Assembly: GCA_041158405.1 (NCBI GenBank)
Contig: JBEBBK010000001.1
Location: 5,240 to 69,239, forward strand
DNA from: Pseudomonadota bacterium
GTDB lineage: Bacteria > Pseudomonadota > Gammaproteobacteria > Burkholderiales > Burkholderiaceae
DNA: 64,000 nt
Direction: 5' to 3'
The notes under the pieces were generated by a model, which had not been told where the DNA came from, did no database searches, and saw nothing but the letters and a program-made list of their open reading frames with translations. The position numbers and the translations under genes were made by a program. Below, piece by piece: positions 1-11,105 of the stretch; positions within the stretch are counted from its first letter, which is position 1; every line of letters begins with the position of its first letter.

Positions 1-519
1 TGTGCGTAGTGTACTTAAATCAGCAATCACCGCCACCGGTTGGTGAAAGGCGCCAATCATATTTTTCCCTAGAGGATGATTGATTCCAGTTTTGCCACCA
101 ACCGATGAATCTACTTGAGCCAATAAGGTGGTGGGCACTTGAATAAACCGAATGCCACGCATAAAGCTGGCGGCGCCAAAGCCCGCCATGTCGCCCACAA
201 CACCCCCACCTAAGGCTACGATCATGCTTTGGCGATCGGCGCCATGCGCAAGCAGTTCATCAAAAATGAGCTGCAGGTGCTGCCAATCCTTAAAAGACTC
301 ACCATCAGGCAATTCCAGCAGTCGAACGGTTTTACCCAGTTGGGTTAACGTATACGTTAGCGTTTTTGCATACAGTGGCGCAACGGTTGTGTTGCTCACA
401 ATAAAAACCGTAGTGCTGGATTTGAGGTGGAGCTCGAATAGCGCCTTTTGCTCAAGCAAATCCGTACCAATGTAAATGGGATAGCTACGGCTAGCTAAAT
501 CGACGTGTAGTGTTTTCAT
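1..519 (-). CDS. aroB: 3-dehydroquinate synthase (5' part; runs off window start)
   Basis: Minus-strand frame from ATG 519 reads [18 protein letters not shown]...[57 protein letters not shown]; ATGA overlap with the aroK stop. Confidence 0.95.
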   Translation of the reverse strand, partial: MKTLHVDLASRSYPIYIGTDLLEQKALFELHLKSSTTVFIVSNTTVAPLYAKTLTYTLTQLGKTVRLLELPDGESFKDWQHLQLIFDELLAHGADRQSMIVALGGGVVGDMAGFGAASFMRGIRFIQVPTTLLAQVDSSVGGKTGINHPLGKNMIGAFHQPVAVIADLSTLRT

Positions 520-1040
520 GGGGAGAGCTCAAGTTGCATCAGTAATGTATGGACGAGTTGATTGACGCTGGGTTTGCCGGTTTCAACAATATGGTCTGCG
601 ATTTCACGGTAGAGTGGATCGCGTACTTGGTATAAATTCTCTAGGGTTTGACGAGCATCTCCGGTTTGTAAAAGAGGGCGACCTTCACCGCCTTTAGTAC
701 GATGCCAAAGTTCCGTTGGTCCTGCATGTAAATAAATCACAGTACCTCTACTACTAAGTAAGGCGCGATTCTCTGGAAGAATGACAGCGCCGCCACCAGT
801 AGCCAGAACAATCGACTCTTCCTCTACTGCTTCCTTAATCGCTTGCGCCTCCCGCTTACGAAAGCCGGCCTCACCCTCCATTTCAAAAATGACGGGGATT
901 TTGACGCCACAGCGTTCCTCTATTAATGCATCGGCATCAATAAATCGACGGTCTAATTTGCGCGCCAATAATTTGCCTACCGTCGATTTACCGGCGCCCA
1001 TCAGACCAACAAGGTAAATGTTTTTTGTTAAGGAATTCAC
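516..1040 (-). CDS. aroK: shikimate kinase
   Basis: [10 protein letters not shown]-loop, TGGG and RPLL motifs; GTG at 1040 preferred as start (TTG at 1043 is the alternative). Confidence 0.95.
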   Translation of the reverse strand: MNSLTKNIYLVGLMGAGKSTVGKLLARKLDRRFIDADALIEERCGVKIPVIFEMEGEAGFRKREAQAIKEAVEEESIVLATGGGAVILPENRALLSSRGTVIYLHAGPTELWHRTKGGEGRPLLQTGDARQTLENLYQVRDPLYREIADHIVETGKPSVNQLVHTLLMQLELSP

Positions 1041-1052
1041 CAACTGATTTTA

Positions 1053-2165
1053 TTAGGGTTTACCGAGAACGGTGGGGGTTATGAAGACCAATAGCTCGGT
1101 TTTATCGCGTAAGGTGGATTTATGTTGAAAAAAGTGCCCAATTAATGGGATGTCGCCCAACAAAGGGACTTTGACCACATCCTCACGCTCGGTGGTTTGG
1201 TATACGCCCCCAAGAATCACGGTTCCACCATTTTCAACCGTGACTTCCGAACTCAGATTCTTCGTATCAATGGCATACCCTTGTTCGGTTTTCATGCCGA
1301 CCGTATCTTTGTTGATGGAAACCAGCATGGAAATCGTACCGTCTGGATGAATTTTAGGAATGACTTCAAGGCGTAAATTAGCCTTTCGGAATTGCAGCTT
1401 ACTGCCCGTTTGGCTTGACGTTTGATATGGAAGTTCAGTGCCTTGCTCAATCGTCGCTTTCACCTGGTCTGCGGTCATGATGCGGGGGTTGGACAGAATC
1501 TTCCCTTGACCATCGCTTTCCAATGCGGATAGCTCCATCTGCAGCAGTCGTGTCGCTCCCTTGGATAAGAGGGTTGCCGCCACAGTGCTGGGATCAAAAC
1601 CAGCCAGCCCCGATGCTCCCAAATCCAAATTGCTGATCAGAGCGTTATCTGCATTGTTGCCTATGCCCTTGGCCTGCAATCCCAGTTTGGCACCCAAGTT
1701 ACGTGCAAAACGGTGGTCCGCTTCGACGATGCGCGCCTCAATCAAAATTTGCTTTGGACTGCTGAGGTGGTCGCCCCCAAATGGCAATGCGGCATCGTCT
1801 CTGCGGTGCTTTTGAAAACTCAGAATTTCGGCATGGGGAGCAATCCAATAAATATCACCTTGCCGAATGATGCCCAAACCCCTGCTGGCCAAAATAGAGT
1901 GTAAGGCGGTGTGCCAGGCTGTATTTTTAAGATTGACTGACATACGCCCTTGAATCGACTCACTTAACAAAAAGTTGGTGTCACCAAGGCGCGCTAATTC
2001 ATGCAAAAGCCCGCTGACCTCAATGTTGGCAAAGTGCAGACTGATGGCATTTTGCTGAACTGGAGGTATTGAGGCTATTATCCGGCTACCGGAAGTCGCC
2101 TGCGCCACATTAGAAGGGCTAATTGCAATGATCAGTAGTAAAGATAAGCAATACACCAACCCCAT
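1053..2165 (-). CDS. pilQ: short PilQ-family secretin
   Basis: Signal peptide, N0-like segment, QILIEARIVEA, KVPLLGDIPLIG, ELLVFITP; canonical position upstream of aroK. Confidence 0.85.
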   Translation of the reverse strand: MGLVYCLSLLLIIAISPSNVAQATSGSRIIASIPPVQQNAISLHFANIEVSGLLHELARLGDTNFLLSESIQGRMSVNLKNTAWHTALHSILASRGLGIIRQGDIYWIAPHAEILSFQKHRRDDAALPFGGDHLSSPKQILIEARIVEADHRFARNLGAKLGLQAKGIGNNADNALISNLDLGASGLAGFDPSTVAATLLSKGATRLLQMELSALESDGQGKILSNPRIMTADQVKATIEQGTELPYQTSSQTGSKLQFRKANLRLEVIPKIHPDGTISMLVSINKDTVGMKTEQGYAIDTKNLSSEVTVENGGTVILGGVYQTTEREDVVKVPLLGDIPLIGHFFQHKSTLRDKTELLVFITPTVLGKP

Positions 2166-2168
2166 GCA

Positions 2169-2930
2169 TTACTCCTTGCTAACCGAAATAGCGACAGACT
2201 TGCCATCATTGGATGTGAGCATTGCCAGCTCGCGTGTCGCGGAGGAAAGATGCCAGCCCTCTACTGCGGTGCCATTTAAGGCAATGTGCAGCACGCCATC
2301 CCCAGTATGAAAAAGACCGCTGATGCCCGAACTGGAGTTACTCATACCCAGGTAGCGCCACCGCTTAAGGGACTGCTCGGCAGGGCTAATTTTTAGCGCT
2401 TGCGAACTCTGGGCGTTGCGCACACGAGTTGCATTGGCATTTTGTAGCACTATGCTTTCCAGTGATTCCAGTTCAGATAAGAGCAACTCATGGTCATCCT
2501 CGAGCTGGTCCATCAGGCCCAAAACAAGCGCCTTGACTTCATGGGTACTCTGCCCTGCCTCATCAGCTGTAACCGGCTGCATGATTTGGGATGCGCGTAA
2601 TTCAAATAACCAGTAACTATTCAGCATTGTGGCGGCCATAATGCAAATCACAATTGCAAGCCAAATGGGTTTTTCATGCAAAAAGGGGCTCTGCTGAAGC
2701 TTTTGTATCAGCGGACTAGATATGCCCTGCATGGTGTCATCTGTGCGGTTTTTATGTTGCGGAAACTGCTCGGAAAGGCGATGGGCATCCGCTTCATAGG
2801 AATGGCGATTCATGGTTTGGTTCTCAGGCATGGAAGGAGTACTGCGGGAGGGATGACCGATGGCGGGATCGTCTCCTAATTCACTCAAAATGGCATCAAA
2901 AGAGGCGGGGAAAATAGATCGTTTCGGCAC
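2169..2930 (-). CDS. hypothetical single-TM/coiled-coil protein at the pilMNOP position (start uncertain)
   Basis: 253-aa ORF with a hydrophobic segment (WLAIVICIMAATML), an acidic coiled coil and a beta-rich C-terminus; stop 3 bp before pilQ. Confidence 0.6.
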   Translation of the reverse strand: MPKRSIFPASFDAILSELGDDPAIGHPSRSTPSMPENQTMNRHSYEADAHRLSEQFPQHKNRTDDTMQGISSPLIQKLQQSPFLHEKPIWLAIVICIMAATMLNSYWLFELRASQIMQPVTADEAGQSTHEVKALVLGLMDQLEDDHELLLSELESLESIVLQNANATRVRNAQSSQALKISPAEQSLKRWRYLGMSNSSSGISGLFHTGDGVLHIALNGTAVEGWHLSSATRELAMLTSNDGKSVAISVSKE

Positions 2931-3026
2931 GCCATGATTTTTGCTGATCGCATACGCATACGCTATCGGGAAAAGACAGCACTTGTGTCGGTTAAATCTG
3001 ATTTAGAGGGGGATAAGAAGCCGACT

Positions 3027-3032
3027 TATAAT
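3027..3032 (+). promoter_or_regulatory. -10 box (TATAAT) 7 nt before the mrcA ATG
   Basis: Perfect consensus hexamer, no Shine-Dalgarno between it and ATG 3040. Confidence 0.55.
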
Positions 3033-3039
3033 CCCCCAT

Positions 3040-5376
3040 ATGGCGATCTCCCCTAAAGACAAGCCACCAGTCAGGCCATCGCTTAAGCGCTCGCCTGACG
3101 GTCGGTCTTACCGTCCGCACCCCGATAATGTGTCGCTATCGAGCACCATTCGTGGGCCCTTGATTAAGGCCTTGCTGGTCTTTGCTTTAGCGGGTGGGGT
3201 GATGGTAACGATGTTGATTGCCTACGCATTCATTATCGCAATTCCTAATTTGCCCCCAATATCGGCCTTAGTCGACTACAAACCGAAAGAGCCGCTGCGT
3301 GTTTTTACGGCCGATAAAGTATTAATTGGGGAGTTCGGTGAAGAGCGCCGCACAGTAGTCCCTTTGTCCGAGATTCCCTTGCAGATGCGTAATGCCGTAT
3401 TGGCAATTGAAGACGATCGTTTTTATTCCCATGGCGGCGTCGACTATTTGGGTGTTTTGCGGGCAAGCTTAGCGAATTTACGGGGCCGCCTTTCTCAGGG
3501 CGCATCCACTATCACCATGCAGGTGGCGCGCAATTTCTTCTTAGGCAATGAAAAAACATTTAGCCGAAAGATCTATGAAGTATTGTTGGCTTGGGAGATT
3601 GAATCTAAATTATCGAAAGATAAGATTCTAGAAATTTACATGAACCAGATTTTTTTGGGTCAGCGGGCATATGGTTTTTCAAGTGCAGCGCAAATTTACT
3701 TTGGTAAAGACCTAAAAAGTTTGAGTATTGCGGAATCTGCAATGTTGGCCGGCTTACCTAAAGCGCCGTCAGCTTATAACCCGGTTAGTAATTTCCGGCG
3801 CGCCAAGATTCGTCAAGAATACATTCTGCAGCGCATGCGTGATTTAGGCTACATTACACCAGAGCAATATCAGGTGGCAATGGCCGAGCAATTACGGGTG
3901 CGCGGCCTTGGTAATGAGTTCTCGACACGGGCAGACTTTGCTGCAGAGATGGTACGTCAATTATTGTTTAGTCAATATGGCGAAGCCATTTACTCACAAG
4001 GCTTAAGTGTTTACACCACCTTGATTAAAGCAGATCAGGATGCAGCGTATGCAGCGGTCCGCCGCGGTATTTTTGATTATGATCTGCGACACGCATACCG
4101 TGGCCCCGAGGGTTTCATTGATTTACCTGAAGATGAACTCAAGCGGCAGCGCGCAATCGACGTAGCTCTACTGGATTACCCCCCATTGGATGAGTTGCAA
4201 TCGGGCGTTGTTTTGGAAGTGAAGCCAAAAGAGTTGCAGGTCATGATTGCAACAGGCGATGTGATCTCCATTAAGGGTGATGGCTTAAAGTTGGCTTCAG
4301 CATCATTAACCGATAGTTCGCAGCCTAAAAAACGCTTACGCCCTGGCGCGGTAGTCCGTCTTCTTTCCGATAGCGGTATCTGGAAGTTAGCCCAGCTACC
4401 CCAAGTCGAGGCAGCGTTTGTTGCCTTAGATACCGAGAGTGGCGCGATTATTTCCTTGGTTGGTGGGTTTGATTTTCGTCGCAATCAATTCAATCACGTC
4501 ACCCAGGCGCAACGTCAACCCGGCTCTGCTTTTAAGCCTTTCATATACGCCGCAGCAATTGAAAAAGGATTCACCCCTAGTACTTCAGTCAATGATGCGC
4601 CTTTATCTATTGGTAGCTTAGAGACTGGCAGCCAAGCATGGGAACCAAAAAACTACGATGGTAAGTTCGACGGTTTTATGCCGCTGCGAACGGCGCTCGC
4701 TAAGTCTAAAAACTTAGTTTCAGTGCGAGTGATACGCAAAATTGGTCCATCGTATGCACAAGACTTCATTCAGCGTTTTGGCTTTGAGCCGGAGAAACAC
4801 CCGCCCTATTTAACAATGGCGCTAGGCGCTGGATCGGTCACGCCTTTGCAAATGGCAACTGCGTATAGCGTCTTCGCCAATGGCGGATACCGCGTGGATC
4901 CCTTCCTGATTAGTAGGATGGTTGATTCCAAGGGTGTCGTTCTCTTTGAGGCGCAGCCAGTTCGCGCAAGCGTCGATGCTACCCGAGTACTCGATGCGCG
5001 CACGGCCTTTGTCATGGATAGCATGTTGCAAGAAGTGACGAAAACGGGCACGGCGATCAGTGCAAGAAGCAAATTAGGCCGTACTGATTTGGCTGGCAAG
5101 ACCGGAACTACGAATGATTCCCATGATGCGTGGTTTGCAGGCTACAACTCGGATATTGTTGCTGTTGCATGGATTGGGTTTGATCGGCCGCGCAGTCTTG
5201 GCGATCGCGAAACGGGTGGTGGATTAGCGCTGCCGGTATGGACCTCATTTATGGCAACCGCTTTAAAAGGGAAGCCTGAACAATCTCGATTGGTTCCTGC
5301 GGGCGTAGTGCAGTCCGGTGGGGATTGGTTTATTCCTGACTTTGCCCCGCCGGGTGGTATGAGTACGGTTAACTAG
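3040..5376 (+). CDS. mrcA: penicillin-binding protein 1A
   Basis: Transglycosylase motifs EDDRFYSHGG and GASTITMQ; transpeptidase SAFK, SKN and KTG motifs. Confidence 0.95.
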   Translation: MAISPKDKPPVRPSLKRSPDGRSYRPHPDNVSLSSTIRGPLIKALLVFALAGGVMVTMLIAYAFIIAIPNLPPISALVDYKPKEPLRVFTADKVLIGEFGEERRTVVPLSEIPLQMRNAVLAIEDDRFYSHGGVDYLGVLRASLANLRGRLSQGASTITMQVARNFFLGNEKTFSRKIYEVLLAWEIESKLSKDKILEIYMNQIFLGQRAYGFSSAAQIYFGKDLKSLSIAESAMLAGLPKAPSAYNPVSNFRRAKIRQEYILQRMRDLGYITPEQYQVAMAEQLRVRGLGNEFSTRADFAAEMVRQLLFSQYGEAIYSQGLSVYTTLIKADQDAAYAAVRRGIFDYDLRHAYRGPEGFIDLPEDELKRQRAIDVALLDYPPLDELQSGVVLEVKPKELQVMIATGDVISIKGDGLKLASASLTDSSQPKKRLRPGAVVRLLSDSGIWKLAQLPQVEAAFVALDTESGAIISLVGGFDFRRNQFNHVTQAQRQPGSAFKPFIYAAAIEKGFTPSTSVNDAPLSIGSLETGSQAWEPKNYDGKFDGFMPLRTALAKSKNLVSVRVIRKIGPSYAQDFIQRFGFEPEKHPPYLTMALGAGSVTPLQMATAYSVFANGGYRVDPFLISRMVDSKGVVLFEAQPVRASVDATRVLDARTAFVMDSMLQEVTKTGTAISARSKLGRTDLAGKTGTTNDSHDAWFAGYNSDIVAVAWIGFDRPRSLGDRETGGGLALPVWTSFMATALKGKPEQSRLVPAGVVQSGGDWFIPDFAPPGGMSTVN

Positions 5377-5389
5377 GAAGGCCGGCGTA

Positions 5390-6085
5390 ATGGCTCGCCA
5401 GGCGCGTATTGTTATTCCGGGTCAGGCAATGCATGTGTTGGTGCGCGGAAACAATCGCGAGACCCTGTTTCATGCGCCCGCAGACTATGCCATTTACCTG
5501 GATTGGCTTCGCACCGCAGCCAATCAATTTTCAGTAGCAGTTCATGCTTACGCGCTGATGCCCAATCATGTGCATTTACTCCTTAGTCCGAAAGAATCGG
5601 AGTCGCTGGCAAAGTTAATGCAGTCCTTAGGGCGACGCTATGCGCAATTCTTTAATCAAAAGCACGGCCGTACCGGAACAATTTGGGAGGGTCGTTATCG
5701 CTCATCCTTAATTGATCCCGACTACCTTCTGCGTTGCCAGCGCTACATTGAGCTAAATCCGGTTCGCAGCGGTCTGGAATCCAAGCCCACCGACTACCCT
5801 TGGACGAGTTATACCAGTCACATCGGCGGAAAAGCGGAAGCATGGTTACAAGACCACCCGCGGTTTTGGGGCCTCGGAAATACCCCGTTTGAGCGTCAAA
5901 TGGCTTGGGCAAACTTGGTCAAAGAGGGGCCCCCCCACTGGGAGGACCGCGCAATTACGGAAGCCTTGCTTCGGTCAAAGCCATGGGTAAGCCCAGAATA
6001 TGCAAAAACCCTCTTTAAGCACAATTTAGAGGCCATGCAGATTCGTCCACGCGGGCGCCCGATAAAAAACCCTCCTACTGTCTAG
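5390..6085 (+). CDS. Y1/HUH transposase, REP-associated tyrosine transposase (RAYT)-like
   Basis: HVLVRGNNR, MPNHVHLL (HUH), WEGRY, RYIELNPVR (catalytic Tyr) and DYPWTSY motifs. Confidence 0.88.
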   Translation: MARQARIVIPGQAMHVLVRGNNRETLFHAPADYAIYLDWLRTAANQFSVAVHAYALMPNHVHLLLSPKESESLAKLMQSLGRRYAQFFNQKHGRTGTIWEGRYRSSLIDPDYLLRCQRYIELNPVRSGLESKPTDYPWTSYTSHIGGKAEAWLQDHPRFWGLGNTPFERQMAWANLVKEGPPHWEDRAITEALLRSKPWVSPEYAKTLFKHNLEAMQIRPRGRPIKNPPTV

Positions 6086-6140
6086 CCAATCTAATTAGCA
6101 GGCGCTAACGTTGAAGAGGGGCCGATGGGTGAATAAAATA

Positions 6141-6203
6141 TGACTCTGTCCCCATTAAAATAATCATCCTAGTTATTCTCCCTAATTAAATGGGACAGAG
6201 TCA
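6141..6203. repeat. inverted repeat TGACTCTGTCCC ... GGGACAGAGTCA with AT-rich spacer (REP-like)
   Basis: 12-bp perfect arms at 6141-6152 and 6192-6203, extendable with one indel. Confidence 0.85.
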
Positions 6204-6213
6204 ATTAAAAAGA

Positions 6214-6242
6214 TTGCACTCAAAGGGGTATTCCCCTATATT
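6214..6242 (+). promoter_or_regulatory. predicted sigma70 promoter of gltBD (TTGCAC-N17-TATATT)
   Basis: -35 at 6214-6219, -10 at 6237-6242, exact 17-bp spacer containing the palindrome AGGGG-TATT-CCCCT. Confidence 0.6.
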
Positions 6243-6292
6243 TGATCTCCCACGCGCCTTCACGCCTTTTTGCGCAGTTATCGAGACACACT

Positions 6293-9200
6293 ATGAATAG
6301 CAAAATCACCCAAATTATTACCGATACTCAATTAGTAGAGGCTGAAACCATTCGTCCAGTCGCACAGGGTTTGTACGATCCTGCAAATGAGCACGATGCA
6401 TGTGGCGTAGGCTTTGTTGCGCACATCAAAGGTAAAAAATCACATGCGATCGTGGCGCAGGGTTTACAAATATTAGAAAACTTGGATCACCGCGGCGCTG
6501 TAGGAGCCGACCCTCTGATGGGCGATGGTGCTGGTATTTTGATTCAGGTCCCCGATCTCTTGTATCGCGAGGAAATGGCCAAGCAAGGAATCACACTGCC
6601 TCCGTTTGGCGAATACGGTGTGGGCATGATCTTTTTGCCAAAAGAGAGCGCATCCCGCTTGGCTTGCGAACAAGAGTTAGAAAGAACGGTACGCCTAGAG
6701 GGCCAAATTGTGCTGGGCTGGCGCGATGTACCCATTGATGTCAAATTGCCGATGTCGCCAACGGTGCAAAAGACAGAGCCATTCATACGCCAAATTTTTA
6801 TTGGGCGCGGCCGCGACATCATGACGACCGATGCTTTAGAGCGCAAGTTATACGTCATCCGAAAAACAGCCAGTCATGCCATTCAAGATTTGCATTTAAA
6901 GCACGGCAAGGAATATTTCGTTGCATCGATGTCAGCACGCACCATTGTTTACAAGGGACTGTTGCTTGCAAATCAGGTAGGCGCTTACTATTTCGATTTA
7001 CAAGATCAGCGCTGCGTTTCCGCCTTGGCCTTAGTGCATCAGCGTTTCTCGACCAATACCTTCCCAGCATGGGAGTTGGCGCACCCCTATCGCATGATTG
7101 CGCACAACGGCGAGATCAATACCGTTAAAGGCAACGTCAACTGGGTGAATGCGCGTACCGGCGCAATTAGTTCCCCAGTATTGGGTGATGATCTACAAAA
7201 ATTATGGCCATTAATTTATCCAGGCCAATCGGATACAGCCTGCTTTGATAATTGCTTAGAGCTATTGGTCATGGCAGGATATCCCTTAGCGCAAGCCATG
7301 ATGATGATGATTCCAGAGGCATGGGAACAACACACCATGATGGATGAGAATCGCCGCGCGTTTTATGAATACCACGCAGCAATGATGGAGCCATGGGATG
7401 GCCCTGCAGCCATGGCATTTACCGATGGCCGTCAGATTGGCGCGACGCTCGATCGCAATGGTTTACGTCCAGCACGCTATTACGTCACCGACGATGATCT
7501 CGTGATCATGGGCTCCGAGGCAGGCGTTTTACCAGTGCCTGAAAATAAGATTGTGCAAAAGTGGCGCTTGCAACCAGGCAAGATGTTCATGATTGACATG
7601 GAGCAAGGCCGCATCATTGACGACGTCGAGCTCAAAAATGCAGTATCGAAAGCAAAGCCATACAAGAGCTGGATTGATGCGGTACGTGTCAAGTTAGATG
7701 AAGTGGATTTATCTAAGAAAGACAGCGTAGACGAGCAGGCCCACATTCGGCCAGCGGCAAAGCTACTGGATCGCCAGCAGGCATTTGGATACAGCCAAGA
7801 AGACCTCAAGTATTTAATGGCGCCGATGGCCTTAGCGGGCGAAGAGGCGATTGGCTCAATGGGCAACGATAGCCCCTTGGCTGTCTTGTCGAATAAAGAC
7901 AAGTCCCTCTACAACTACTTTAAGCAGTTATTCGCACAGGTCACAAATCCCCCAATCGATCCGATTCGGGAAAACATGGTGATGTCCTTGGTCTCGTTTG
8001 TGGGACCAAAACCCAATTTGCTCGACACCAACAACATCAATCCACCGATGCGCTTAGAAGTAAGTCAACCCATTTTGGATTTTGAGGAAATGGCGAAGAT
8101 CCGCCACATTGAGCACTACACCAATGGCAAGTTCCGCACTTACGAATTAGACATCTGTTATCCCGCAGCCTGGGGTAAAGAAGGCATTGAGGCGCGCTTA
8201 GCGTCTTTGTGCGCAGAGGCTGCTGATGCAGTTAGCTTGGGATTCAATATTATGCTGATTAGCGATCGTCAGGTGGATGAAAAGCACGTAGCCATCCCAG
8301 CGCTCTTAGCAACGTCTGCAATACATCAGCATTTGGTTGCCAAAGGCTTGCGTACCAGCGTTGGTTTGGTTGTAGAGACCGGTAGCGCGCGCGAGACCCA
8401 TCACTTTGCATTGCTCGCGGGCTATGGTGCAGAAGCGATTCACCCCTACTTGGCAATGGAGACCTTAGCGGAAATGGCAAAAGGTTTACCCGGTGATTTA
8501 TCACCAGAGAAAGCCATTAAGAATTACGTTAAAGCGGTAGGCAAAGGCTTGCAAAAAGTCATGTCGAAAATGGGTATCTCGACCTACATGTCATATACCG
8601 GCTCACAAATTTTTGAAGCCATTGGACTCAATCAGGAAGTGATACAGCAGTATTTTAAAAATACACCATCGAATGTGGGCGGTATTGGCGTGTTTGAAAT
8701 TGCCGAAGAGGCGCTGCACATGCACCAGCAGGCGTTTGGAAATGACCCTGTATTGACCAATATGCTCGAAGCCGGCGGCGAATATGCCTATCGTGTTCGT
8801 GGTGAAAACCACATGTGGACGCCAGATACCATTGCAAAGCTGCAGCACGCAACGCGTACTGGCTCTGATAAGGGCTACCAGACATACAAAGAGTACGCCA
8901 ACATCATCAATGACCAAAGCAAGCGTCAGATGACCTTGCGCGGTTTGTTTGAATTTAAGGTTGACCCCGCTAAGGCAATTCCACTGGATGAAGTGGAGTC
9001 TGCTAAAGAGATCGTGAAACGCTTTGCAACGGGTGCGATGTCCTTGGGTTCAATCTCAACCGAAGCACATGCAACCCTAGCAATTGCCATGAACCGCATC
9101 GGTGGCAAGTCTAATACAGGCGAGGGCGGAGAAGACCCCAATCGCTATAAAAACGAACTCAAAGGTATTCCGATTCGCAAAGGCGAAAGCCTTGCAAGCA

Positions 9201-11074
9201 TTCTGGGTAGCGATGTGGTGGAAGCCAATATTCCATTGGAAGACGGCGATTCTTTACGCTCAAAAATCAAGCAGGTGGCATCAGGTCGCTTTGGTGTAAC
9301 GACTGAGTATCTGCGCTCTGCCGATCAGCTGCAAATCAAAATGGCGCAGGGTGCAAAACCCGGTGAGGGCGGTCAGCTGCCCGGTAGCAAGGTATCCGAT
9401 TACATTGGTAAGTTGCGTTTCTCGGTGCCGGGCGTTGGTTTAATTTCTCCGCCACCGCACCATGATATTTATTCGATTGAAGACATTGCGCAGTTGATTC
9501 ATGACCTCAAAAACGTCAATCCCAAGGCCGATGTATCCGTCAAACTTGTTTCTGAAGTGGGCGTAGGTACGGTCGCTGCTGGCGTTGCAAAAGCCAAAGC
9601 AGATCACGTAGTGATCGCGGGCCATGATGGCGGCACTGGCGCATCCCCTCTGTCGTCGATTAAGCATGCCGGTTCCCCATGGGAGCTTGGCCTGGCTGAA
9701 ACCCAGCAAACCTTAGTGCTAAATCGTTTACGCAGCCGCATTCGGGTGCAGGCAGATGGGCAAATGAAAACCGGTCGTGACGTTGTGATTGGTGCCTTGC
9801 TTGGCGCAGATGAATTTGGTTTTGCAACCGCGCCACTGGTGGTGGAAGGTTGCATCATGATGCGCAAGTGCCATTTAAATACCTGCCCAGTTGGTGTTGC
9901 CACGCAAGATCCGGAGCTACGTAAAAAGTTTGCTGGTAAGCCAGAGCACGTAGTGAATTTCTTCTTCTTTGTTGCAGAAGAGGCACGTGAAATCATGGCC
10001 CAATTAGGCATACGAAAGTTTGATGATCTGATTGGCCGAGTTGACTTACTCGATACCCGCAAGGGCATTGATAACTGGAAAACCCATGGACTGGATTTCA
10101 GTAAGATTTTTGCAGCCCCTGCTGTACCAGCCGATGTACCGCGCTATCAAGTACTCACGCAAGATCACGGCCTTGGCACTGCCTTAGACCACATTCTGAT
10201 TGAGAAGAGTGAGCCTGCATTAGAGCGCGGCGAGAAAGTGTCCTTTATTGTTCCTGTTAAGAACGTGAACCGTACCGTAGGTGCAATGCTATCCGGTGAA
10301 ATTGCTCAGCGGTATGGTCATGCTGGCTTACCAGATGACACCATTCACATTCAGTTAAATGGCACGGCCGGTCAGAGTTTTGCTGCATTCTTAGCCCATG
10401 GCGTTACCTTGGATTTGGTTGGCGACGCGAACGATTATGTTGGTAAAGGCTTGTCGGGTGGGCGCGTCATCGTACGGGCACCGCATGAGTTCCGTGGCGA
10501 TACTGCCAAGAACATCATTGTTGGCAATACCGTCTTGTACGGCGCGATTGGCGGCGAAGCTTTCTTTAATGGCGTAGCTGGCGAGCGTTTTGCAGTGCGT
10601 AACTCTGGCGCTACGGCTGTCGTCGAGGGTACGGGCGATCACGGTTGTGAATACATGACGGGTGGAACAGTAGTTGTTCTCGGTGAAACCGGACGCAACT
10701 TTGCAGCTGGCATGAGTGGTGGTATCGCTTATGTGTACGACGAAGATGGTTTATTTGCAAAGCGCTGCAATACCAGCATGGCTACTTTAGAAAAAGTGTT
10801 ACCCCATGCAGAGCAGGCGGCCAATACCCCTGAATCCCAATGGCATGCGCCAATCGACGTTAAGGATGGTGGTCAGCGCCAGAGCGATGAGCATATTTTG
10901 AAAGCCTTAATTGAGCGTCATTTCCGGCATACCGGATCCGAGCGCGCGAAGGCCTTGCTCGCCGACTGGGATCAAGCACGTACCCGCTTTATTAAAGTAC
11001 ACCCCACGGAATACAAACGTGCCTTGGGTGAGCTTTGGGAAAAAGCACAAAAAAATGCAAAAGCGATTGCTTAA
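6293..11074 (+). CDS. gltB: glutamate synthase large subunit
   Basis: [10 protein letters not shown]-terminal nucleophile Cys, FMN domain, [13 protein letters not shown] 3Fe-4S motif; ATG 6293 chosen as start. Confidence 0.97.
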   Translation: MNSKITQIITDTQLVEAETIRPVAQGLYDPANEHDACGVGFVAHIKGKKSHAIVAQGLQILENLDHRGAVGADPLMGDGAGILIQVPDLLYREEMAKQGITLPPFGEYGVGMIFLPKESASRLACEQELERTVRLEGQIVLGWRDVPIDVKLPMSPTVQKTEPFIRQIFIGRGRDIMTTDALERKLYVIRKTASHAIQDLHLKHGKEYFVASMSARTIVYKGLLLANQVGAYYFDLQDQRCVSALALVHQRFSTNTFPAWELAHPYRMIAHNGEINTVKGNVNWVNARTGAISSPVLGDDLQKLWPLIYPGQSDTACFDNCLELLVMAGYPLAQAMMMMIPEAWEQHTMMDENRRAFYEYHAAMMEPWDGPAAMAFTDGRQIGATLDRNGLRPARYYVTDDDLVIMGSEAGVLPVPENKIVQKWRLQPGKMFMIDMEQGRIIDDVELKNAVSKAKPYKSWIDAVRVKLDEVDLSKKDSVDEQAHIRPAAKLLDRQQAFGYSQEDLKYLMAPMALAGEEAIGSMGNDSPLAVLSNKDKSLYNYFKQLFAQVTNPPIDPIRENMVMSLVSFVGPKPNLLDTNNINPPMRLEVSQPILDFEEMAKIRHIEHYTNGKFRTYELDICYPAAWGKEGIEARLASLCAEAADAVSLGFNIMLISDRQVDEKHVAIPALLATSAIHQHLVAKGLRTSVGLVVETGSARETHHFALLAGYGAEAIHPYLAMETLAEMAKGLPGDLSPEKAIKNYVKAVGKGLQKVMSKMGISTYMSYTGSQIFEAIGLNQEVIQQYFKNTPSNVGGIGVFEIAEEALHMHQQAFGNDPVLTNMLEAGGEYAYRVRGENHMWTPDTIAKLQHATRTGSDKGYQTYKEYANIINDQSKRQMTLRGLFEFKVDPAKAIPLDEVESAKEIVKRFATGAMSLGSISTEAHATLAIAMNRIGGKSNTGEGGEDPNRYKNELKGIPIRKGESLASILGSDVVEANIPLEDGDSLRSKIKQVASGRFGVTTEYLRSADQLQIKMAQGAKPGEGGQLPGSKVSDYIGKLRFSVPGVGLISPPPHHDIYSIEDIAQLIHDLKNVNPKADVSVKLVSEVGVGTVAAGVAKAKADHVVIAGHDGGTGASPLSSIKHAGSPWELGLAETQQTLVLNRLRSRIRVQADGQMKTGRDVVIGALLGADEFGFATAPLVVEGCIMMRKCHLNTCPVGVATQDPELRKKFAGKPEHVVNFFFFVAEEAREIMAQLGIRKFDDLIGRVDLLDTRKGIDNWKTHGLDFSKIFAAPAVPADVPRYQVLTQDHGLGTALDHILIEKSEPALERGEKVSFIVPVKNVNRTVGAMLSGEIAQRYGHAGLPDDTIHIQLNGTAGQSFAAFLAHGVTLDLVGDANDYVGKGLSGGRVIVRAPHEFRGDTAKNIIVGNTVLYGAIGGEAFFNGVAGERFAVRNSGATAVVEGTGDHGCEYMTGGTVVVLGETGRNFAAGMSGGIAYVYDEDGLFAKRCNTSMATLEKVLPHAEQAANTPESQWHAPIDVKDGGQRQSDEHILKALIERHFRHTGSERAKALLADWDQARTRFIKVHPTEYKRALGELWEKAQKNAKAIA

Positions 11075-11105
11075 GTAACAACACGATATTGAAGGAGTAG
11101 TTGAG

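Noticed and set aside
5390-6203. Active IS200/IS605 insertion sequence
   Set aside because: No left-end hairpin or space upstream, no tnpB, and protein length and motifs are RAYT-like; reported as a domesticated gene instead
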